Below, one piece after another: positions 1 to 11,159 of a stretch of DNA of 64,000 nt; positions within the stretch are counted from its first letter, which is position 1; each line of letters starts with the position of its first letter. Under the pieces are notes generated by a model. The model saw only the letters and a program-made list of their open reading frames with translations, was not told the DNA's origin and searched no databases. A program made the translations under genes and the position numbers. The stretch comes from an uncultured Gammaproteobacteria bacterium (GTDB lineage: Bacteria > Pseudomonadota > Gammaproteobacteria > JAADHQ01): positions 146,682 through 210,681 of the forward strand of contig CAWECS010000016.1 of NCBI GenBank assembly GCA_963807455.1, in the 5' to 3' direction.

Positions 1-2
1 CA

Positions 3-230
3 ATGAATTTGCTTGGTGACCTGGTTATATGTGCACCGGTAATAGAACGTGAAGCCATTGAACAGGGCAAAACGCTGCAAGCTCACTGGGCACATATGGC
101 GGTACATGGCACTTTGCATTTGCTTGGTTATGACCATCAGACTGATGAGCAAGCAACGGAAATGGAAGCGCTGGAGAAAACAATATTAACAGGCTTGGGA
201 TACGAAGCCCCATACAAAGACGAGCTATAA
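3..230 (+). CDS. ybeY: Endoribonuclease YbeY, C-terminal part (5' end lies outside the window)
   Basis: Translation contains the HxxxH-type metal-binding motif ...[13 protein letters not shown]... typical of the UPF0054/YbeY family. It sits immediately upstream of a corC-like gene, as in E. coli ybeZ-ybeY-ybeX-lnt. Confidence 0.8.
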   Translation: MNLLGDLVICAPVIEREAIEQGKTLQAHWAHMAVHGTLHLLGYDHQTDEQATEMEALEKTILTGLGYEAPYKDEL

Positions 231-259
231 TTTTATTAAATGGAGAAAGAGACAGAACA

Positions 260-1132
260 ATGAGTGAGGACACTTCGAGTACCAACGATTCCGATGGTCG
301 GTCATGGCTGGATAGGCTAACGCAGATTCTGCAAATAGACCCCCGGGATCGTGAAGAATTACTGGAGATCCTGCGGGACTCTGAAAAACGCGCACTACTG
401 GATGCCGATTCACTCGGCATGATCGAAGGTGTATTGCAGGTATCCGAGATGCAGGTGCGTGACATTATGATACCGCGTTCGCAAATGTCGGTATTATCGA
501 GGGAGCAGTCGCGTGATGAGATGTTAGCTGTGATTGTGGAAAGTGGTCATTCCCGCTTTCCGGTCATTGGTGACAGTCGTGATGAAGTGTTAGGTATTTT
601 ACTGGCCAAGGATATGCTGCGTTTCTCCGGCGCTGACGGCCAGGAGAATTTTTCTATTCGTGAAATCCTGCGTTCTCCTGTTTTTGTACCGGAGAGTAAA
701 CGCCTTAATGTACTGTTAAAAGATTTCCGTTCAAGTCAAAATCATCTTGCTGTCGTCGTCGATGAGTATGGAGGTGTCGCTGGTATGGTGACCATTGAAG
801 ATGTGCTGGAACAGATTGTCGGAGAAATAGAGGATGAACATGATATCGATGAAGGCAAGTACATCCTCAAGCATGACGATAACCATTACATTGTCAAGGC
901 GCTGACTGATATTGAAGAATTTAACGAGTTCTTTCATACCGAGTTTGATGATGATGAATACGATACCATCGGCGGTCTGGTGTTAAACGAAATAGGTCAT
1001 ATGCCCAAGCGCGATGAAGTGGTTAGCATTAATGACATGTCTTTTCGTATACTGCGTTCAGATAACCGTAGAATTTATTTACTTGAAGTCATTATTGAAG
1101 ATAAGCTTGAGCCCGACTCAATGGAATTATAG
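260..1132 (+). CDS. corC: CBS-domain Mg2+/Co2+ efflux-family protein (CorC/YbeX; tandem CBS domains plus a CorC_HlyC C-terminal domain)
   Basis: 290 aa with two CBS-like segments (VRDIMIPRSQM..., ...AVVVDEYGGVAGMVTIEDVLEQIVGEIEDE) and an acidic CorC/HlyC transporter-associated tail. Sits in the conserved ybeY-corC-lnt context. Confidence 0.85.
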   Translation: MSEDTSSTNDSDGRSWLDRLTQILQIDPRDREELLEILRDSEKRALLDADSLGMIEGVLQVSEMQVRDIMIPRSQMSVLSREQSRDEMLAVIVESGHSRFPVIGDSRDEVLGILLAKDMLRFSGADGQENFSIREILRSPVFVPESKRLNVLLKDFRSSQNHLAVVVDEYGGVAGMVTIEDVLEQIVGEIEDEHDIDEGKYILKHDDNHYIVKALTDIEEFNEFFHTEFDDDEYDTIGGLVLNEIGHMPKRDEVVSINDMSFRILRSDNRRIYLLEVIIEDKLEPDSMEL

Positions 1133-1153
1133 CCGCCACTGGATACCCTCCTT

Positions 1154-2659
1154 ATGCAATTGAATGCCAAACCCTGGCTGCCTCTGTTTGCCTTGTTTGT
1201 TGCTGGCTTATTGTTGCCGTTGGCCTTTGCCCCTGTTGAATGGTCATTGCTGGCGATTCCTTTACTGAGCATGCTGTTTTATCAATGGCAGCGAGCCAGT
1301 CCCAGGCAGGCCTGGTGGCAAGGATGGGCATTTGGCACCGGCATGTTTCTCTCTGGAGTCTACTGGGTTTATATCAGCATGCATGAATTTGGTGCAGTGC
1401 CTGTGTTCTTCGCCGCGTTGCTGACATTGTTATTCGCTTTATTCCTTGGGCTGTTTTCTGCATTGACTGCCTGGTTATGCGTTCGCTTTTTTGCCAACGT
1501 TAATGCAGTCCGGCTGTTATTGATTTTCCCCTCCATGTGGGTTTTGCTGGAATGGGTCAGAAGCTGGTTTTTTACCGGATTCCCCTGGTTAAACCTTGGC
1601 GTCAGTCAGGTGGCATCGCCATTGGCCGGTTATGCACCTATCATCGGTGAGTTTGGTTTAAGTTGGCTGTTAGCAATGACAGCGGCAAGCGTGGTTTTTT
1701 TAATCACAGCAAGGTTTAAAGCCCGAATGACCATACTATTATTGATGACCCTGGTGTGGTGGGGAGGGCATCTCCTGAAGCAGTATGATTGGACAGAAAA
1801 AACCGGTAAAGCATTTACTGTGGCGCTAGTGCAGGGGAATGTCGATCAAGACATTAAATGGGACCCGGAATATCGCAGCCGGATTATTTCGTCTTATCTG
1901 CAGCTCAGTCGATCTCATTGGGATGCCGATCTAATGATCTGGCCTGAAACGGCAATATCTGCATTTTTTCATCATGTCCCGGAGGTCGTCGACAGCATTG
2001 AGCAACTTGCGCGAGAGCAGAAAACCGATATGCTGGTTGGCATCCCTTATCGTGACCAGCAAACAGGCGAATACTTTAATAGTGTTTTGAGCCTTGGCAG
2101 TCATCGTGCGTTTTATCATAAGCGCCATCTGGTGCCATTTGGTGAGTTTATACCCTTTCAGGATTGGCTCAGTGATCTGCTGGATTTTATGGGGCTACCG
2201 ATGTCTGGATTCAGTCGTGGACTGGCAACACAGCCGCCGCTTCAAGCTGCGGGCTACTTTGCGGGCCTAACAATCTGTTATGAAATTATCTTCAACAATG
2301 AAGTTATTCAGTCTTTACCCAAGGCAAATTATCTGGTCAATGTTAGCAATAATACCTGGTTTGGAGATTCCAGTATGCCTTACCAGCAACTGCAAATGGC
2401 CCAGTTACGCGCCCTGGAAACGGAGCGTTATGTACTGAGTGCCACCAATAATGGAGTCAGTGCTGTGGTCGACCATCAGGGTCGGATTGTCAATCGTTCG
2501 CCACAGTTTCAGACGCATGTACTCAAAGCTGAAGTGCAACCACGCTCCGGCGCAACACCTTATGTCAATTATGGTAATTACCCTATTATCATTGCACTAT
2601 TGTTGGTCTTGTTTGCGCTGCTGATGCGAAATTACCTGCGATCACGGCACTCATCGTAG
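1154..2659 (+). CDS. lnt: Apolipoprotein N-acyltransferase
   Basis: 501 aa. N-terminal polytopic membrane region followed by a carbon-nitrogen hydrolase domain (LVQGNVDQDIKW..., WPETA..., ...ICYEIIF with the catalytic Cys context). Synteny with ybeY and corC. Confidence 0.9.
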   Translation: MQLNAKPWLPLFALFVAGLLLPLAFAPVEWSLLAIPLLSMLFYQWQRASPRQAWWQGWAFGTGMFLSGVYWVYISMHEFGAVPVFFAALLTLLFALFLGLFSALTAWLCVRFFANVNAVRLLLIFPSMWVLLEWVRSWFFTGFPWLNLGVSQVASPLAGYAPIIGEFGLSWLLAMTAASVVFLITARFKARMTILLLMTLVWWGGHLLKQYDWTEKTGKAFTVALVQGNVDQDIKWDPEYRSRIISSYLQLSRSHWDADLMIWPETAISAFFHHVPEVVDSIEQLAREQKTDMLVGIPYRDQQTGEYFNSVLSLGSHRAFYHKRHLVPFGEFIPFQDWLSDLLDFMGLPMSGFSRGLATQPPLQAAGYFAGLTICYEIIFNNEVIQSLPKANYLVNVSNNTWFGDSSMPYQQLQMAQLRALETERYVLSATNNGVSAVVDHQGRIVNRSPQFQTHVLKAEVQPRSGATPYVNYGNYPIIIALLLVLFALLMRNYLRSRHSS

Positions 2660-2757
2660 TCTAGATCACAATTGACCATATTAATTCTAAAGTAAATAGT
2701 GTTCACGCCGTTAAATGTTAAAATTATTTAACATTTAAATAAAACATTAAAAATAAT

Positions 2758-4905
2758 ATGGTTATTAATAACACCAAACCCGTCATTATTACCGGCTTCG
2801 TTGCCATTTTGCTCATCTTTATGGTGTTGGTTGCCGTATGGGCAAACAGCCAGAGCCAGCAACATCAGCGTTTACTCAGGATTGACACCTTTAGACAGGC
2901 AGCCAAGAGTATTGGTGATATGCGCCAGGCCGCCCTCACACGGGCAGTGATCTTACATGAGATGACCTCACTGAATGAATTCTTTGAGCGCGATGAAAAA
3001 TACCAGGAGTTTAGTGAACAGGCAGGTTATTTTATTTTTGCCCGCGAAAAACTGCTGGCACTGGATCTCAGTGAGCAAGATAAATCCTTGTGGGAAAAAA
3101 CCAGGCGCGAGATTAGCGTCAACCAGCAAACCCAGATGATGACAGGGCAGCTACTACTGGATGGTCAGTTTGAAAGGGGACGGGAGTTGTTGAATGAAGT
3201 ACTGATTCCCCGGCAGCAAATAGTCATGCAATCCTTATCTGAAATATTTGAATACCATAACAAGCAGGTGGTTGAGGAATTTGCCCATGCAGCACGCAGT
3301 CAGCAAAATACCTACTCAATTATCATGCTGCTGACGGCGCTGGCTGTAATCATCAGTATCGGCATCATTATATATATTGTGCGTACCACCGCGCGCATTC
3401 AAAGCGACCTGCGCAGGGCCGATGAGGCCAGGATCGCCAACCAGATGAAGAGCGAATTCCTCGCCAATATGAGTCATGAAATCAGGACCCCATTGGGTTC
3501 CATTATCGGTTATTCAGAAGCGGCCCTGAGCCCAGGGCAGAGTCGCAATGAACGCATGGATGGCATTAGGACTATTCATCGCAATGGTATCCATCTGTTA
3601 TCTCTGATCAACGAGATACTGGATCTGTCCAAGGTAGAGGCGGGTAAACTGGACATGGAAATCATGCCGGTTTCACTGTTTGAAATCCTGCAGGATGTAA
3701 AGAATGTTGCCTGTGTAAAGTTACAGGAAAAAAAGTTACGCTGTGGCTTGAATTATAAATACCCGTTACCAGCCATGATCAATACTGACCCGATACGTTT
3801 GAAGCAGATTTTGCTCAACCTGGTCAATAATGCGATCAAATTTACTAGTAAGGGTCACATTTATATCAATGTCTGGTGTGTCCAGCAGGAAGAGAAGATA
3901 TATATTTCAATAGAGGATACTGGTATCGGTATCTCGGCAGAGCAGGCCGATAAGATATTTGATGCTTTCACGCAGGCCGACAAGAGTACAACGCGAAAAT
4001 ATGGCGGTACCGGCCTGGGACTGACCTTGTCACGTCGCCTGTCGAAAATGTTAGGCGGGGATATTACACTCGAGAGTACCCCGGGGCAAGGAAGTACCTT
4101 TACTGTTAGTGTCGAAACAGGTCCATTGAATAAGGAGCATTTCATCCATCAGGATAATCAAGTTGATATGGAATCCTTGCCTCAGGCAGCCAATGAAATG
4201 CCAGTGTTGGAAGGCAGGGTGTTATTGGTTGATGATGTTGAGGATAATCAGAAACTCGTTTCGTTCTTTATTCGTAAGACCGGCGCACAGGTCGATGTCG
4301 CAGCAAATGGTCAACAAGCCTTGGATATGATGCAGTTTGCAAAATATGATCTGGTATTGATGGATATGCAAATGCCGGTGATGGACGGTGTCGATGCTAC
4401 ACGTGAGATACGTTCGCGGAAATTCAAGGTGCCGGTTGTTATGTTGACTGCGAATGCCTATGCAAAAGACCGACTTGAATGCGAACAGGCCGGTGCCAAC
4501 GGTTTCATGACCAAGCCTACTAGTACTAGCCAAATCAATGAAGTGCTTATTAATTACCTTAAGCCGCATGAGAAATCGACTAAGTCCAGTAATCCCATTT
4601 ATTCTTCCCTGCTTGAAGAAGAACCGGGTTTGCAGGATATCGTTAACAAATTTGTCTATTACCTGCCGGAGCAGTTAAACACAATAGCGCATTTAATCGA
4701 TCAACAGGACTGGGATTTACTGGCTCGCCAGCTGCATGACCTGAAAGGAACAGCGGGTAATATGGGTTTTGCTGAAATCTATGATTGTGTTAGCGAGATG
4801 AGTTTATGCCTGCATGAAAAGGATTACAGGGAGCTGGACAACTATATGAGCAGGCTGCAAACACTAACGGCACGTACCAACACCGGAATGAGGGCACTGC
4901 CTTAG
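2758..4905 (+). CDS. Hybrid sensor histidine kinase / response regulator with C-terminal HPt domain
   Basis: 715 aa. N-terminal TM segment and periplasmic sensor region, a second TM segment, an H-box (MSHEIRTPLGSIIGY), an HATPase_c domain (N box LVNNAIKFT, G boxes DTGIGI...GGTGLGL), a receiver domain (LLVDDVEDNQ...LVLMDMQMPVMDG) and a C-terminal HPt motif (HDLKGTAGNMG). Confidence 0.85.
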   Translation: MVINNTKPVIITGFVAILLIFMVLVAVWANSQSQQHQRLLRIDTFRQAAKSIGDMRQAALTRAVILHEMTSLNEFFERDEKYQEFSEQAGYFIFAREKLLALDLSEQDKSLWEKTRREISVNQQTQMMTGQLLLDGQFERGRELLNEVLIPRQQIVMQSLSEIFEYHNKQVVEEFAHAARSQQNTYSIIMLLTALAVIISIGIIIYIVRTTARIQSDLRRADEARIANQMKSEFLANMSHEIRTPLGSIIGYSEAALSPGQSRNERMDGIRTIHRNGIHLLSLINEILDLSKVEAGKLDMEIMPVSLFEILQDVKNVACVKLQEKKLRCGLNYKYPLPAMINTDPIRLKQILLNLVNNAIKFTSKGHIYINVWCVQQEEKIYISIEDTGIGISAEQADKIFDAFTQADKSTTRKYGGTGLGLTLSRRLSKMLGGDITLESTPGQGSTFTVSVETGPLNKEHFIHQDNQVDMESLPQAANEMPVLEGRVLLVDDVEDNQKLVSFFIRKTGAQVDVAANGQQALDMMQFAKYDLVLMDMQMPVMDGVDATREIRSRKFKVPVVMLTANAYAKDRLECEQAGANGFMTKPTSTSQINEVLINYLKPHEKSTKSSNPIYSSLLEEEPGLQDIVNKFVYYLPEQLNTIAHLIDQQDWDLLARQLHDLKGTAGNMGFAEIYDCVSEMSLCLHEKDYRELDNYMSRLQTLTARTNTGMRALP

Positions 4906-4918
4906 ATCGGTGTATATT

Positions 4919-5371
4919 TCAGCGAGATTTTCGATGAAACAGCGTAGCTGCACATTTCGGGCAAGGCGGTACATGCCCGGTATTGAGAAAGTGTAATTCT
5001 TCATCACATTGATCACAGACCAATGTGCCCGGCCCGGTGATTTCACCAGTATGATACTCATTCATATGTTTGGCGTTTTCTTCCAGCAGCAGTAAATCCA
5101 GTTTGGTTTTATCGGCCACTTGCAGGAACATATCTTTTAGTTTCCATTCAATCAGTTCGATATCCATGTGCAGCCAGTCGGCCATATCATTGCTTGAATC
5201 CTGTAGATATTCGCCGGCATTGTGTAGATCGCGTTTCAGATACGTGCTGATTTTTTCCGCTTCCTCAAGCGTGACATTGCCTGTTTCCACTACCTTGTCG
5301 CGTGCTTTTTCCAGCAACTGTTGCAGGTTATGCGCGCCTTTTCCGGTCTCATCCGTGAAGTGCATGCACAT
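4919..5371 (-). CDS. Zinc-ribbon-containing protein (DUF1451-like), hypothetical
   Basis: 150 aa. Helical N-terminal part and a C-terminal CDQCDEE...CPKC zinc-ribbon. Divergent from leuS. Family assignment is from memory of the domain architecture, not a search. Confidence 0.45.
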   Translation of the reverse strand: MCMHFTDETGKGAHNLQQLLEKARDKVVETGNVTLEEAEKISTYLKRDLHNAGEYLQDSSNDMADWLHMDIELIEWKLKDMFLQVADKTKLDLLLLEENAKHMNEYHTGEITGPGTLVCDQCDEELHFLNTGHVPPCPKCAATLFHRKSR

Positions 5372-5622
5372 GCTCCATCATCTGATCGTAGGCATGGATG
5401 AGTTTGTTTTTCAGGCTATCATTCTGATCAGGCATAACTTACATCCTTTGAGTATTTGTGAATCCAGTATATTACATCAGCGTGAGCAGGAAAGGTATAA
5501 GCTACAGCAGGGGATATTGACCCAATATGATATGCTTTACCCTTGTAACTTTACCCTTTAGCCTGTTTTTAATGTATCCTTCCTATCTTATTTGATCGAT
5601 TAAAGCTGAACAGTAAAAAGCA

Positions 5623-8094
5623 ATGGAACAGACCTACGAACACAACGAAATTGAAGTCAGTGCACAGAATTACTGGCTGGAAAATCAAACATTTAAGGTG
5701 ATTGAAGACCCGAATAGGGAAAAATACTATTGCCTGGCCATGTTTCCCTATCCAAGTGGTCGTCTACACATGGGGCACGTGCGCAACTACACCCTGGGTG
5801 ACGTCATTGCTCGTTATCAGCGCATGCTGGGTAAAAATGTATTGCAACCGATGGGATGGGATGCGTTTGGCCTGCCGGCTGAAAACGCCGCGATTAAAAA
5901 CAAGGTGGCGCCGGCCAAATGGACTTATGAAAATATCGATTACATGAAGGCACAGCTGCAACGTCTGGGTTTTGCCTATGACTGGGACAGGGAGGTGGCC
6001 ACCTGTCATCCTCAGTATTATCGTTGGGAGCAGTGGTTATTCACGCGTTTGTTTAAAAAAGGCCTGGTATACAAAAAAACTTCACCGGTTAACTGGTGTC
6101 CGCATGACCTGACGGTACTGGCCAATGAGCAGGTCATTGAGGGCAAGTGCTGGCGTTGTGACACGCAAGTCGAGCGTAAGGAAATCCCGCAATGGTTCAT
6201 GAAGATTACCGACTACGCCGATGAATTACTTCGCGATCTGGAAAAACTGCCTGGTTGGCCGGACCAGGTTCGTACCATGCAAAAAAACTGGATTGGCAAA
6301 TCACGTGGCCTGGAAATACAGTTTGCAGTTGCAGGCAAGCAGGCGCCATTAAAAGTCTTCACGACGCGCCCGGATACACTGATGGGTGTAAGCTATGTAG
6401 CGGTTGCTCCGCAGCATCCGCTGGCGCTAGAGGCGGCAGAAACGTCCACAGAATTGGCCGCATTTATTCAAGAGTGCAGTCACATGGAAACGTCTGAAGC
6501 CGCTATGGAAACCATGGAGAAAAAAGGGGTCAATACCGGCTTGCAGGCCCTTCACCCGGTGACAGGTGAGCCTGTTCCTGTATTCGCTGCTAACTTTGTG
6601 CTGATGGCTTATGGTGAAGGTGCTGTTATGGCAGTGCCGGCACATGATCAACGTGACTGGGAGTTTGCACAGAAATACCAGCTAGCGATCAAGCAGGTAA
6701 TAGAGCCGGCAGATGGCAGTGATATTGATCTTGGTGTCAGTGCTTTTACTGACAAAGGCAAACTGGTCAATTCTGGCGAATTCACGGGTATGAATTTTAA
6801 ACAGTCTTTTGATGCCATTGCCGGGTATTTGCAACAGCAGTCAAAAGGTCAGGTACAGGTCAATTACCGTTTGCGTGACTGGGGTGTTTCGCGCCAGCGC
6901 TATTGGGGTGCTCCTATCCCTATCATTAATTGTGCGAGTTGTGGCGCAGTGCCAGTGGCGGATGAGGATCTCCCTGTAAAATTGCCTGAAGATGTTTCGT
7001 TTGATGGCATCGGCTCACCGATAAAACGCATGCCTGAGTTTTATCAGACGCATTGTCCGCAGTGTGGCAACGAGGCTGAGCGAGAGACGGATACCTTTGA
7101 TACCTTTATGGAATCCTCGTGGTATTTTGCTCGTTTTGCCTGTCGAGATAATAACGAAGCCATGCTGGATGAGCGTGCTGATTACTGGTTGCCGGTGGAT
7201 CAATATGTCGGCGGCATCGAGCATGCTATCCTGCATTTACTATATGCGCGTTTCTATAATAAATTAATGCGTGATGAAGGCCTGATAACAACCGATGAAC
7301 CATTCAAGAAATTGTTGACGCAGGGCATGGTGCTGAAGGATGGGGTGAAGATGTCCAAATCCAAAGGTAACACGGTTGATCCACAACAATTGATAGAACA
7401 ATATGGTGCTGATACGGTGCGCCTGTTTACTATGTTTGCAGCGCCGCCGGAACAATCACTGGAATGGTCTGATAGTGGTGTCGAAGGTGCGTATCGTTTT
7501 CTCAAACGCCTGTGGACCCTTGCCTATGAGCGCCGTGCGAATATCATTGCCTGTAACCAGGGTGATTGTGGTATTACACAATACAGCCTGAATGCAGAAC
7601 AAAAGAATACCCGCAGGGAAATTCATGAATGGTTGCAGCAAGCCCTGAATGATTTTAGTCGTTATCAGTTTAATACCGTGGTGTCTGCCTGCATGAAAAT
7701 ATTGAATAGCCTGGCCAAGTGTTCGGCTGGCGATGCCACCGATGCTGATGCCTGCATTAATCATGAAACCATGAGTATCCTGATCAGACTGTTGTCACCC
7801 GTTGCACCACATATCAGCCTGTCGCTCTGGCGTGAGCTTGGCTACGGCGATGATATTCTGCTGGCAGAGTGGCCGTTTGTCGATGAAAATGCATTGGTTC
7901 GCGACAGCATTGATCTGGCCATACAGGTGAATGGTAAGGTCCGGGCTACAATGAGTGTTGCCGCCAATAGTGACCAGGCAACCATTGAATCATTGGCCTT
8001 GGCGAACGAAAATGTCTTGCGCAATATTGCCGGCATGGAAGTCAAAAAAGTGATTATCGTGCCAGGTAAGCTGGTGAGTATTGTCGCGAAATAG
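5623..8094 (+). CDS. leuS: Leucine--tRNA ligase
   Basis: 823 aa. Class I aaRS HIGH motif ([20 protein letters not shown]), KMSKS motif (VKMSKSKGN), a CP1 editing region and a leucyl-specific C-terminal domain. Followed by lptE and holA as in E. coli. Confidence 0.95.
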   Translation: MEQTYEHNEIEVSAQNYWLENQTFKVIEDPNREKYYCLAMFPYPSGRLHMGHVRNYTLGDVIARYQRMLGKNVLQPMGWDAFGLPAENAAIKNKVAPAKWTYENIDYMKAQLQRLGFAYDWDREVATCHPQYYRWEQWLFTRLFKKGLVYKKTSPVNWCPHDLTVLANEQVIEGKCWRCDTQVERKEIPQWFMKITDYADELLRDLEKLPGWPDQVRTMQKNWIGKSRGLEIQFAVAGKQAPLKVFTTRPDTLMGVSYVAVAPQHPLALEAAETSTELAAFIQECSHMETSEAAMETMEKKGVNTGLQALHPVTGEPVPVFAANFVLMAYGEGAVMAVPAHDQRDWEFAQKYQLAIKQVIEPADGSDIDLGVSAFTDKGKLVNSGEFTGMNFKQSFDAIAGYLQQQSKGQVQVNYRLRDWGVSRQRYWGAPIPIINCASCGAVPVADEDLPVKLPEDVSFDGIGSPIKRMPEFYQTHCPQCGNEAERETDTFDTFMESSWYFARFACRDNNEAMLDERADYWLPVDQYVGGIEHAILHLLYARFYNKLMRDEGLITTDEPFKKLLTQGMVLKDGVKMSKSKGNTVDPQQLIEQYGADTVRLFTMFAAPPEQSLEWSDSGVEGAYRFLKRLWTLAYERRANIIACNQGDCGITQYSLNAEQKNTRREIHEWLQQALNDFSRYQFNTVVSACMKILNSLAKCSAGDATDADACINHETMSILIRLLSPVAPHISLSLWRELGYGDDILLAEWPFVDENALVRDSIDLAIQVNGKVRATMSVAANSDQATIESLALANENVLRNIAGMEVKKVIIVPGKLVSIVAK

Positions 8095-8106
8095 TAATTA
8101 TTAAAT

Positions 8107-8625
8107 ATGCAAAAATATTTTTCACAATTATGCAAATTACTACTGCTGTCATCCATGCTGATATTGACAGCCTGTGGATTCCAGTTACGCGGACATGCTG
8201 ATTTACCGCAAGGCATGGAAAGGGTCTATTTACAGGCGGATGCTTCGATAATTTTAACACGCCATCTGCAACGCTCCTTGATTCAGGCCGGGGCAGCATT
8301 GGTCACTGATGTCGAGCATGCGACCGCTATTCTTGTTATTGAGAATGAGGACCAACAAAGGAGTGTGTTGTCTGTCAGTGAGAGCGCACGTGTGCGCGAA
8401 TATGAGAGTTTTTATTCAGTCACCTTTGCCCTGAGGAAAAGCGATGGCGTCGTTATTCTGCCAAAACAAACGATCGAATTGAGGCGTGATTACAGCTTCA
8501 ATGAAAATGTTGTACTGGCCAAGGAGCGTGAGCAGGCCAGTCTGGTTCGTGATATGCAGGCCGAGGCCGTGCAAGTGATCATGAGAAAAATTCGTTATAC
8601 ACAAAAAGCAGTCAGCAATCCTTGA
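8107..8625 (+). CDS. lptE: LPS-assembly lipoprotein LptE
   Basis: 172 aa with signal peptide and lipobox (LILTACGFQL). Its size and its conserved position between leuS and holA match lptE/rlpB. Confidence 0.75.
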   Translation: MQKYFSQLCKLLLLSSMLILTACGFQLRGHADLPQGMERVYLQADASIILTRHLQRSLIQAGAALVTDVEHATAILVIENEDQQRSVLSVSESARVREYESFYSVTFALRKSDGVVILPKQTIELRRDYSFNENVVLAKEREQASLVRDMQAEAVQVIMRKIRYTQKAVSNP

Positions 8626-8686
8626 GCAACCTTATACTAAGTATTAGACCACTCTCCAATGCTTTATATTATTCTGCGATAACACC

Positions 8687-9709
8687 ATGAAAATCAGACC
8701 TGATCAATTAAATCATCATCTACAGCAGTCGCTGGCTCCCATCTACCTGGTGGGAGGTGATGAGCCTTTGCAGGTACAGGAATGCTGTGATGCTATTCGT
8801 CAAACTGCACGGCAGCAGGGTTTTACCGAACGCGAAGTCAGGTCTGTGGAGCGTGGTTTCTCCTGGGATGAGCTGCTGCAATTGAGTAGCAGCTTGTCAC
8901 TATTTGGTGATAAAAAAATTATCGAGTTACGCTTACCTACTGGCAAACCAGGTGACGAAGGTGCACGGGTTTTACGTGACTATGCGGCCCGGGCTGATGA
9001 GGATACCCTGTTAATGGTCATCTGCGGCAAGCTGGATAGCGCCAGCTTGAGAACTAAATGGGCCCAGGCGTTGGAGCAAACGGGTGTCGTCGTCCAGGCT
9101 TGGCCGATTGAAGCGCGGCAGCTGCATGACTGGATACAGACGCGTATGAGGCAGCATGGCCTGCAAGCCTCGCGCGACGCCGTTTCATTGCTGGTAGAGC
9201 GTATTGAAGGCAATTTACTCGCCGCAGCCCAGGAAATCGACAAACTGGTATTGCTGCATGGCGCCGGCCGTATTGATGCTGAGGCTGTAGCTGAAGCGGT
9301 TTCAGACAGTGCCAGGTATAGTATCTATACACTCGTCGATACTGCCTTGAGCGGACGAGCAGATAAAACAATCAAGATAATCAATGGCTTGAAGGCCGAA
9401 GGTATTGAGCCGGTGTTGGTGTTATGGGCTCTGAACAGAGAGGTGCGCAGTCTTTCAAGCATGGCAGCCGAATTACGTAAGGGCGCCGCCATCGAAGCTA
9501 TTTTAAATCAGCAGCGCGTCTGGGAACGCCGTAAGCCGCTGATACGTGAAGCGCTGAAACGCCACAGCCTGGGGCGCTGGTACGGTTTTTTGCAACATGG
9601 TGCCCGTATTGATCGCATTATCAAGGGCGCGGAGGTAGGAAAGCCCTGGGATGAGCTGTTACAATTAGGCTTATCGATAGCAGGAAGTACAGTGCTGGAA
9701 TCAACATGA
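8687..9709 (+). CDS. holA: DNA polymerase III delta subunit
   Basis: 340 aa. N-terminus [14 protein letters not shown] is typical of HolA. Conserved leuS-lptE-holA order. Confidence 0.8.
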   Translation: MKIRPDQLNHHLQQSLAPIYLVGGDEPLQVQECCDAIRQTARQQGFTEREVRSVERGFSWDELLQLSSSLSLFGDKKIIELRLPTGKPGDEGARVLRDYAARADEDTLLMVICGKLDSASLRTKWAQALEQTGVVVQAWPIEARQLHDWIQTRMRQHGLQASRDAVSLLVERIEGNLLAAAQEIDKLVLLHGAGRIDAEAVAEAVSDSARYSIYTLVDTALSGRADKTIKIINGLKAEGIEPVLVLWALNREVRSLSSMAAELRKGAAIEAILNQQRVWERRKPLIREALKRHSLGRWYGFLQHGARIDRIIKGAEVGKPWDELLQLGLSIAGSTVLEST

Positions 9710-10986
9710 GCGCAAATCCACAATCAGGTTTTCAAATACAATCCTATATGCAGACGCTAGGCAAACAGGCCCGGGCCGCAGCGCGCTTGATGGCTTCTGC
9801 GGATTCTGCCACCAAGAATGCGGCCTTGATAGTGATCGCAGACAAACTGGAGTCTTCCTGCGCGCAACTACAAACAGAAAATCGTAAGGATCTTGAAGCT
9901 GGTCGACTCAATGGACTCAGTGATGCCATGTTGGATCGTCTGGAACTAACGGCTGATCGCATCAAGTCGATGGCCGAGGGATTACGACAAGTGGCAACAC
10001 TGGCTGATCCCGTGGGCGAAATGACGGACATGCAATATCGTCCCAGCGGTATCCAGGTTGGAAAAATGCGCGTGCCATTAGGGGTGATCGGTATTATTTA
10101 TGAATCACGACCCAATGTGACGGCTGACGCAGCCGCGCTTTGCCTGAAATCCGGGAATGCCGCGATTTTGCGTGGTGGCTCCGAGGCTATTCATTCCAAC
10201 CAGGCCATTGCTGCTTGCATACATCATGGATTGCAGCAGGCAGGCTTGCCTGGGCATGCAGTACAAGTCATCGAAACGATTGATCGCGAAGCGGTGGGCG
10301 AATTGATTCGTATGGAAAAATATGTAGATGTTATCGTCCCGCGCGGTGGCAAAGGCTTGATTGAGCGCATTAGTCGTGAGGCCAAAGTGCCAGTGATAAA
10401 ACACCTTGATGGCATTTGTCACGTTTATATCGATGATGATGCTGATCTCGACAAGGCTATTCAGGTATCTTTCAATGCCAAGACTCAGCGTTATGGTACT
10501 TGTAATACCATGGAGACATTACTGATTGCCGAATCCATAGCGCAACAGGTGTTGCCGGAACTGGCAGCCATGTTCCAGGAAAAAGGCGTCGAGCTCAGGG
10601 GTTGTGAAACGACTTGCAATATTGTTGCTGGTACTACCCCGGCAAGCATGGAAGATTGGGACACAGAATATCTGGCGCCGATATTATCGATTCGTGTTGT
10701 TAAAGGACTGGATGAGGCTATTGATCATATAGAGACCCATAGCTCCCGGCATACTGATGCGATTATCACCGAAAATTATACCAGTGCCAGACGCTTTTTG
10801 CGTGAGGTTGATTCCAGCTCGGTCATGGTCAATGCATCGACGCGTTTTGCAGATGGTTTCGAATATGGACTCGGCGCTGAAATCGGCATTAGCACAGATA
10901 AGCTGCATGCACGTGGGCCGGTAGGTCTTGAGGGGCTAACGACACTCAAGTTTATAGTCCTGGGCGATGGGCATGTCAGGACATAG
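9706..10986 (+). CDS. proA: Gamma-glutamyl phosphate reductase
   Basis: 426 aa aldehyde-dehydrogenase-family protein with ProA hallmarks (IYESRPNVT, catalytic Cys region [14 protein letters not shown]). The start overlaps the holA stop. The proA-nadD-rsfS-rlmH order matches Pseudomonas-type synteny. Confidence 0.9.
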   Translation: MSANPQSGFQIQSYMQTLGKQARAAARLMASADSATKNAALIVIADKLESSCAQLQTENRKDLEAGRLNGLSDAMLDRLELTADRIKSMAEGLRQVATLADPVGEMTDMQYRPSGIQVGKMRVPLGVIGIIYESRPNVTADAAALCLKSGNAAILRGGSEAIHSNQAIAACIHHGLQQAGLPGHAVQVIETIDREAVGELIRMEKYVDVIVPRGGKGLIERISREAKVPVIKHLDGICHVYIDDDADLDKAIQVSFNAKTQRYGTCNTMETLLIAESIAQQVLPELAAMFQEKGVELRGCETTCNIVAGTTPASMEDWDTEYLAPILSIRVVKGLDEAIDHIETHSSRHTDAIITENYTSARRFLREVDSSSVMVNASTRFADGFEYGLGAEIGISTDKLHARGPVGLEGLTTLKFIVLGDGHVRT

Positions 10987-11159
10987 TTGCTAGAAACGTG
11001 TGGCTAGTAGCTAGAAAAAGACATGAATTTTATAGTGAGTCTGTTGTTTAATATGCCAGCAATAGCAAGATATTTTGTCGGTAAGCAACTAGTGCAAAGT
11101 AAGCGGGCATGCCTGCTTCTAGCGACTAGCCTCTCGACACCAGTCACTGGTTCAACCAC

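Noticed and set aside
25-465. 146-aa minus-strand ORF overlapping ybeY and the corC start, plus many similar antisense ORFs of 60-150 aa inside leuS, yhdP, rpoN, ptsI, kdsD and others (e.g. 5764-6009, 7456-7764, 25385-25852, 34493-35071)
   Set aside because: They lie entirely antisense to well-supported conserved genes, have low-complexity Ser/Arg/Cys-rich translations and no recognisable motifs. These are typical shadow ORFs.
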